From the NCBI RefSeq assembly GCF_004010195.1, contig NC_057717.1, positions 26,214,509 through 26,278,508 on the forward strand: a stretch of 64,000 nucleotides of DNA. Reading direction: 5' to 3'. The notes beneath the pieces were generated by a model that was not told the DNA's origin, made no database searches, and saw only the letters and a list, made by a program, of their open reading frames with translations. Positions 61,048 to 64,000 of the stretch are shown here, piece by piece. Origin of the DNA: Chiloscyllium plagiosum. Lineage: Eukaryota. A program made the translations under genes and the position numbers. Each line of letters starts with the position of its first letter. Within the stretch, counting starts at the first letter, position 1.

Positions 61048-63280
61048 TCAATATCTTAGTCAAAAAATTAAAAACAGTCCCAGCTCCAAATATTTACAAA
61101 ATATGGATCTTCCTTGAGTCCACAAATAATTGTCCCCTTTGATCAATGATTTCTAAAATTTACTCGTGTATCTGTTGTGAAGGACGTTTCAAATAAACTC
61201 CGAAGTGCAAATGATTCACATCAATCGGATTAAAGTAACATTTCGTGTGTTACCCCACAGAAAAACAACAAGCAAGTTTGTTGACACGGTTTGCTCTGAG
61301 GAAGTCTATGATGGATTCTTTTATCAAATAAAATCATTTCCAATGTTGTGAGGGCGCGTCTATCTTCTGTGCAATGGTCTGAATTTTAGGTTGTGTCTGA
61401 CTGCAGATGAAACTGGCTGATCTGGGTAAAGGTACAGTTTGTGCCTTTCACATTGTTAATGTATATTGCTGACTTTAGTTGAATAAAGGAATGTTGTCCC
61501 AGACATCATCTGAACCCATTAATTAGACCATTAATTTCCACATCATAGCCGGAGGGTCAGGTGGAGTTTATTGATATGTGATATTTTTGAAAAGAAAGCT
61601 TCGTGCATTTCCAGTATGAATCATGTCAATTAGAGGAGAAAGTGAAGTCTGCAGATGCTAGAGATAGAGCTGAAAATGTGTTGCTGGAAAAGCGCAGCAG
61701 GTCAGGCAGCATCCAGGGAACAGGNNNNNNNNNNNNNNNNNNNNNNNNNNNNNNNNNNNNNNNNNNNNNNNNNNNNNNNNNNNCCGCACTCTTACCCTCC
61801 AGTGAAAAAAGTTCCAGTCTATCTCGATTTCCAACGCTGACTCTGTTCCCTCATATTCTGCTGTTAAAGATCCTCCTGCCACCCCAGGTCCACAGAGAGC
61901 GTCCCTTGTTACTAGTTCAAAGAAATGAAAGCAAGTTGTCCCACCATATTGTTCAATTTTATTTGGCTTCAAATACCATAAAAAAATAAACGTTCATGTA
62001 ATTGCTGATTTATGGGAGAAGGCCGTGTACACAGTATCTGCTGAAATACCTGCAGTACAATCCTGAATCTGGTTCGCAGGTTCACCTGTTGCTCACAAAC
62101 GCAACTCGACATCAGGGAATAGTGAACATCGCCCATCCCCACCCCTCCACCCTTCCCCTCTGTACTTTGCACTTTGTGAAATCTATGTTGTCAATAATCA
62201 GTTAAAAGGATTTTTTTAATACGTTCTTAATTCATGTTGCTCATCTTGGCTGAATAAAGGTATGTTGCTGTCAGCATTTCTGGGGAACGTGTCTGAATTT
62301 TTTTCATGTCAGTTTACGTCAAAAATTGATTATTAAGTCAAAAATTGTCAAAATGTCCTGAGAAACAATGTTTAGAAATGGGCCTATTAGCTCCTCAGGG
62401 TTGCACCACCTGTTTGAATATTGAATATTGATACAGTTCTGCCTCTACTTTTTGCCCATAAGCCAGGGTTTACAGCATTGGAGATCATAGCTATGTTGAT
62501 AATGGATTTGACCCTACACAATGTTCCCGAATGTTTACTTCAAGTGCTATCACCTGCAGGGTTATGGACAGCATGCTATAACGTGGGTGTTGGCTGGAAG
62601 GCTCTGTTTTCACGTGATACAGGTGCGATGGGCGAAGTGATCTCTCTCTGTCGTGAAAACTTTCTACTACTCTAAATTCATCTTTCCTACTTTGTCTCGT
62701 TCAGAGGCTCTAATTCACATGATTCATACCGGAAATATTCCAAGCTTTCGTTTCAATGAGATCAATACACTCCACCTGACTGTCCAAAGTGACGTGGAAA
62801 TTAATGGTCTAATTAATGGTGCCAGACGATACGTGGGACAACATCACTTTATTCAACTAAATATACATTAACAATGTGAGAGGCACAAACCGTACTTTTA
62901 CCCAGATCAGACAGTTTCACCTGCAGTCAGACACAAAATTCAGACCATTGCACAGAAGATAGACGAGCCCTCACAACATTGGAAATAATTTTGTTTGATA
63001 AAACAGTCCATCATAGACTTGCTTAGAGCAACTCGTGACAACAAACTTGCTTATTGTTTTTTTTTTGTGTGGGGTATCACATGCAATGTTACTGTATTCC
63101 GATTGATGTGAACCATTTGCACTTCAAGTTATTTGAAAACGTCCTTCACAACAGATATGGGAGCAAATTTTAGAAATCATTGATCAAAGGGATTTTTTTC
63201 TGGATTCAAGGAAAATCCATAGTGATATTTTGTAAATGTTTGGAGCTGTGATTGCTTTAAATTTTTAACTAAGATATTGG
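61048..63280. repeat. Long imperfect inverted repeat, arms about 61048-61633 and 62709-63280
   Basis: Colinear reverse-complement blocks, for example tctatcttctgtgcaatggtctgaatttt against aaaattcagaccattgcacagaagataga. Confidence 0.9.
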
Positions 63281-63814
63281 CATACAGTGGAAAACTTCAT
63301 AATTTGCTGTAACATGAAACTCGCAACCACTGTGAACCAGGAAGGCGATGGTTCAGAATTTAACAAGGACCCAGCAAGGTTCGTGGAATGGACCGACGAG
63401 TGATACATGAAATTTAACAAAGGCATTTCTGAAATGATTAATAGAGCTCGGAAGAATGTAGAGACACAAATTCAGATCTCTGTTTGCATTTCAATATACT
63501 ATAAATTACTTTTCTATTATATTCTAAAATACTTGTGCCTTTGTTCATATTTAATACACTTTATCTTGTTCCGGGGCTAAAATAGTTTCTTTCTTTATTT
63601 CACTCAGTACTGTATGCTGTATCTTTGTCTCAGTATTGACCAAACTCGGTTTGGTGCCAGCTTATATCACTTCAGCTGCATTTTCAGGAAGTGAATCTCT
63701 CCACATGTTATGTCAAAATAATCTGTTCATGCTTAGATCAAAATAAATCCTGTTAATATCATCCCAAATTCAGGCTCAGTTATTTTGTATTTATTCATTG
63801 AAATTGAACAGGAA

Positions 63815-64000
63815 TATGACTGGCTTGATCTTGGTGGAGTGGGAGAGGGAGTTAAAGGGTTCAGCCACGGGGCCATGGAGTTGTTTGGCACGAGTGTCCC
63901 AGAGATGTTCTCTGAAATGATCCGCAAGTTAGTGTCCTGTCTCCCTGATGTAGAGGAAACCACATCAGGTGTACCAGACACAGTGGATGACATTTGTGCA
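63815..64000 (-). mobile_element. Penelope-like GIY-YIG fragment running off the window end
   Basis: Reverse-complement similarity to 29980-30150. Confidence 0.75.

Overview
Repeat-rich vertebrate genomic DNA, almost certainly from a shark (inferred from the Ig sequences and the CR1, Penelope and tRNA-SINE content). The main feature is a minus-strand shark IgM heavy-chain cluster at 38229-58777: leader, VH, JH, Cmu1, Cmu2 and Cmu3. It is a pseudogene, with stops in V, Cmu1 and Cmu3, a frameshift in Cmu2, W>C in J and a transposon hairpin in Cmu3. Its VH appears to be already joined to D sequence in the germline (VD(D)-J), leaving one 12-spacer RSS facing the J RSS. I did not find Cmu4, secretory-tail or TM exons; a 500-N gap begins 428 bp after Cmu3. 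Left of the gap are a probable first exon of a GPR139-like GPCR with a 14-aa N-terminal repeat, three unidentified orphan exon candidates, an old tandem duplication inflated by nested retroelements, and a 4.3-kb array of a 33-bp minisatellite. Several Penelope-type termini carry minimal hammerhead-ribozyme motifs. Germline-joined Ig genes and Penelope hammerheads are known phenomena, and I found no clearly new system. The least explained items are the VD and J junction structure and the orphan exons. Repeat boundaries are approximate.
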